DNA of 64,000 nucleotides. Source: Wickerhamiella versatilis. Its lineage: Eukaryota. The stretch spans positions 3,658,001 through 3,722,000 of the forward strand of contig JAQOWU010000008.1 in the NCBI GenBank assembly GCA_030867685.1, read 5' to 3'. Made by a program: the position numbers and the translations under genes. Below the pieces are notes generated by a model. That model saw nothing but the letters and a program-made list of their open reading frames with translations, did no database searches and was not told where the DNA came from. Each line of letters begins with the position of its first letter. The first letter of the stretch is position 1. Below are positions 60,656 through 64,000 of the stretch, in pieces.

Positions 60656-60852
60656 CCTGATTACGTGTTGTTGATTACTTCCGGATTGCAAGTAGACATT
60701 GCATATCATACTTAAGGTTTGATCATATAATGGAATAGATTAATGGACTCAACAGAAAAATACGGTGAATATCACAGTTTAGGCTTACAACAACTAAGTC
60801 GAAGTGGTAGAATTGTCACCTTAATAAATTAGTGGAGATTCAAGATAAGGAG

Positions 60853-63843
60853 TTACTGTTGAGTCTCAGGTATTTCATTCGGCTCATCAACTGATTGCCT
60901 TAACTCTATAAGTCTTTCAGAACTCGGTTGATGTAGTAAGAGAGAAATAGAACTTACAAGGCTGTGTAATACGCGTCGGTTCAATAAGCTTGCCTCCATC
61001 TCCGCAGACTTCTTCTCAGCCTCTTCCAAGATTGGGAGCGGAATACCGGCCAATCTAGCCACATTCAGGCCATAAGATCTACTGGCAGGTCTGTTGACAA
61101 GCTTGTAAAGGAATGTCACAATTCTCGTAGTCTCATCCTCTAAACATTCCATACTGTGGATTGTCACTATTTTAGGGAACTCAAAGGAAAGCTCGTTTAG
61201 CAGGGGGTAGTGTGTAATAAACAGGGTGAAAGCACCAAGATCCGCCACTATCTCGCGCAAAACAGAATATGCCAGAACGACACCATCCAAAGTACTAGTA
61301 CCACGACCTACCTCGTCCATTAAAATTAGACTGTTTTCTGTGGACTTTGCTAGAATCTCACTACACTGTTTCATTTCCACCATAAAAGTTGACTCCCCCT
61401 TGATCATGTTGTCATTCGCACCCATCCTGGTGTATATGGCATCTACAGGCGAAAAACGGGCTTTTTTTGCCGGCACAAAACACCCAATTTGCCCCAAAAT
61501 TACGATGAGCGCAATTTGACGAACCACTGAACTTTTGCCACCCATATTAGGGCCAGTAATAACTAGAGCTCGAGAATGATTAGGAGTCATGTGAACTGAA
61601 TTCGGTATGTAGCCAAAATTTTCCTGCCCTGCCATAAGGGCTTCGATCATAGGGTGTCTCCCATCTTCTATGTCAATGCAGCGATCCTTCATTAATTCAG
61701 GTTTTGAATAGCCGGGACGCGATGAGACCGTCGCCAACGCCCACAATGCATCCAATTTTGCTGCAGCGGTAGCAGCTTCCCTCAGAACTTCATAGTTTTC
61801 ATATGCTATACTCTCTAGGAACCGAGAGTAACACTGGGCTGCTACGATATCAAGACGCTCAACTGCCAATCTATACCCTTTCAAGAGTTGTAGAGTTTCT
61901 GCAGACCTCATTTTGACTTTCAATTTTGTATCATTGACTTTGACCCAGTTTTTAGGCAGAGTTTTCGCATCCTTTTTATCAACATCTATAACCAGTGCCT
62001 CAGTTGTGCCCGGGAGAATTTCAAGTGGTGTCAGCGACACGTTGAGCTCTAAAGCCTTTTCTTTGACATGCTCGACAAACTCAGCATAAACTTCTCTTTT
62101 CTGAAGTTGCAGGTTTATTAGTTCATCCAACTCAGGTACTTTACTGTCTTCCAATCTTTTGAAATTAAAGTAGTCTTCGATTTTCACTTTCTCCGCTGTT
62201 GCTGCGTCTCTATTAATTTTTGTAAGGATTTCACTCACCACGTCACCCATGATTTTGGTGCTAGACATTAGCTGTTCCAAAAGTGGGGATCGAGATGCCG
62301 CATCACGGATATCTGAGGTTGTAAAAATAGAGGCAAGTGACTTAAACGACTGTAAAACGTAATAAAGCTGTTTGGGCGCGATACGACCATGATATATTTG
62401 CAGAAGACGCTGCTCCAAGTCGGGACCTGATTTGAGAACATGGGAAAATTTGCTCCAATTCTCCTCCTCGCTGATATCCATCAACGTTTCCACTGCGCAC
62501 AGTCTTTCTTCGATAATGTTGTGATCAAGAAGGGGGCATGCTAACCATTTACGAAGTTGTCGAGCCCCTTGGTGAGATCTAGTGCAATTAACCATCCAGA
62601 ACAAAGATCCTACTTCTTTGAAATTAGTTTGGTTTTGGAATACCTCAAGAGCTTCTAAAGTATCACCCTTGAGATACATATGCGATTGAAGCGAGAATGG
62701 TTTTAGGGTTTTTAAGGAAAATACCCTTGAGAGGTCGAATTCTTCGAGATATTCAACCAATGAACCAAAGCATCTTCTACACCCTTCAGGAAGCTCGACA
62801 TCCTGGGGGTATCTTTTCAGCGCCTCCTCAGAGTTTTCGTGTACATTGAACTCGAGTGTCCTAATATTATTCTTGGTAGATATAGAATTGAGGAGACTAT
62901 TCGTAGCAAGACTGAACGTCCCCACCTTCAAAATTTCTCCTGGTTGAATATGAACTAGTCGAGTTTCTAACTCAGTAAGAATATCCGAGTCTGAAAATTC
63001 ATCATAGACACCATCCCCTGTTGCTAATTGGATTGCGACGAGTGCAAATCGAGGTCCACTTAGTTCCAACAGTGATAAAATATGCCCACTCACACTACTA
63101 GCTGCAAGATCATTAGATGACCCGACTTCCTCAACTAGCGTGCCTTTTGTAAATACTCGATTAACCTTACGAGTGAAAGGGCCTTTCGATTTGCCTTCTG
63201 ATGCTCGAACTGCGGCTGTTTCAACCTGGTCAGCAACAGCTACCTTCAAATTTTTAGCAACTAACCGCTGGACATAGGTCATTAACGAAACGGTCGGAAA
63301 AACCATTGATGCCCATCTTGAGTAGAGGGAATCCTCGGGATCAAGTCCTTCGTCTAGTTCTTTCCAACCAGCAAAACAGTGAGTACCTAATGCCGAAGAA
63401 GCAACATACGCGTCCTTGCCCAAAATGCAATACCTATAACCATTCATAACCACAAGAATAGCATCCATGTGCTGTTTTTTAAGTTCAATATACTGTAAGT
63501 CGAAAGGCTTCAGCTCACGCTTATGAGGTACGCGTTCCCTTTTTCCAAGAACAGCAGCGAACGCCTCCTTGCGCTTTTGCGATTCATGAGAAGCTAAAAA
63601 ATTGGGTTCTGGCTTGTTTCCACGTGAAAATCCTTCGAGAGTCGGTGTATGAGCTTGCAATCCTGTTTTGATGGATACCACGCTAGTATTCTGACTTGAA
63701 TCCTTTTTTTCTACGGGAGTGGGCTCTATATCGCATCCAACTTTTTGTTTCTTGGCCACGTGTTTGGTATTTTTATTATTTTCAGGCCGCTTGTTTTTTG
63801 CAACCTGAAAAAAGCTTGTTATGTCTGGCTGGCTAGGAGCCAT
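60853..63843 (-). CDS. MSH3: MutS-beta subunit Msh3
   Basis: PIP box QPDITSFF, GYRY (no Phe-X-Glu), TGPNMGGKSS, ESTFMVEM, DEVGRGTST, FITHY, SYGLNVA. Confidence 0.92.
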   Translation of the reverse strand: MAPSQPDITSFFQVAKNKRPENNKNTKHVAKKQKVGCDIEPTPVEKKDSSQNTSVVSIKTGLQAHTPTLEGFSRGNKPEPNFLASHESQKRKEAFAAVLGKRERVPHKRELKPFDLQYIELKKQHMDAILVVMNGYRYCILGKDAYVASSALGTHCFAGWKELDEGLDPEDSLYSRWASMVFPTVSLMTYVQRLVAKNLKVAVADQVETAAVRASEGKSKGPFTRKVNRVFTKGTLVEEVGSSNDLAASSVSGHILSLLELSGPRFALVAIQLATGDGVYDEFSDSDILTELETRLVHIQPGEILKVGTFSLATNSLLNSISTKNNIRTLEFNVHENSEEALKRYPQDVELPEGCRRCFGSLVEYLEEFDLSRVFSLKTLKPFSLQSHMYLKGDTLEALEVFQNQTNFKEVGSLFWMVNCTRSHQGARQLRKWLACPLLDHNIIEERLCAVETLMDISEEENWSKFSHVLKSGPDLEQRLLQIYHGRIAPKQLYYVLQSFKSLASIFTTSDIRDAASRSPLLEQLMSSTKIMGDVVSEILTKINRDAATAEKVKIEDYFNFKRLEDSKVPELDELINLQLQKREVYAEFVEHVKEKALELNVSLTPLEILPGTTEALVIDVDKKDAKTLPKNWVKVNDTKLKVKMRSAETLQLLKGYRLAVERLDIVAAQCYSRFLESIAYENYEVLREAATAAAKLDALWALATVSSRPGYSKPELMKDRCIDIEDGRHPMIEALMAGQENFGYIPNSVHMTPNHSRALVITGPNMGGKSSVVRQIALIVILGQIGCFVPAKKARFSPVDAIYTRMGANDNMIKGESTFMVEMKQCSEILAKSTENSLILMDEVGRGTSTLDGVVLAYSVLREIVADLGAFTLFITHYPLLNELSFEFPKIVTIHSMECLEDETTRIVTFLYKLVNRPASRSYGLNVARLAGIPLPILEEAEKKSAEMEASLLNRRVLHSLVSSISLLLHQPSSERLIELRQSVDEPNEIPETQQ

Positions 63844-64000
63844 GGCCTCTGACAATACCGTTTGTCAGACAGTATATAACTCAGTAAATTTATTGTCCAC
63901 TAATTGCGTCATGGGTCTTCTATATACGTTATGTGCCTTAAAGTTTAGAAACATTAAGGGATGAAATTATATAGGCACAGTCTTGAATCAGTTTGTGTGT

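Noticed and set aside
1-64000. Transposons, LTRs, CRISPR arrays or rRNA
   Set aside because: No gag/pol/transposase ORFs, long direct repeats, spaced repeat arrays or rRNA-like sequence seen.

Overview
A very gene-dense region of a budding-yeast (Saccharomycotina) chromosome. It uses the standard genetic code (CTG decodes a conserved Leu in a kinase HRDLK motif), retains a respiratory complex I subunit, has few introns and very short intergenic spacers. This is consistent with a streamlined Wickerhamiella/Starmerella-like or related early-branching lineage (inference). I can support about 40 protein-coding genes, nearly all housekeeping, plus two tRNA genes (Trp-CCA with an intron, Arg-ACG). 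I found no transposons or CRISPR arrays. The most striking observation is that the arginine attenuator peptide signature (SQDYLxxxLWK), normally encoded by a separate uORF, is fused in frame to the N-terminus of CPA1 inside an apparent mitochondrial presequence, and no separate AAP uORF is present. Other notable items: two divergent genes whose start codons abut in a single CATATG; a stop-containing 48-nt intron at the SurE/TTL domain boundary of PBY1; an RNR large subunit with substitutions at both allosteric sites; a tandem ATG/splice-donor micro-exon in a divergent Mep; and a recurrent TT(A/T)GTCAT(C) element just upstream of many start codons. Gene identities come from recalled motif and family knowledge, not from database searches.
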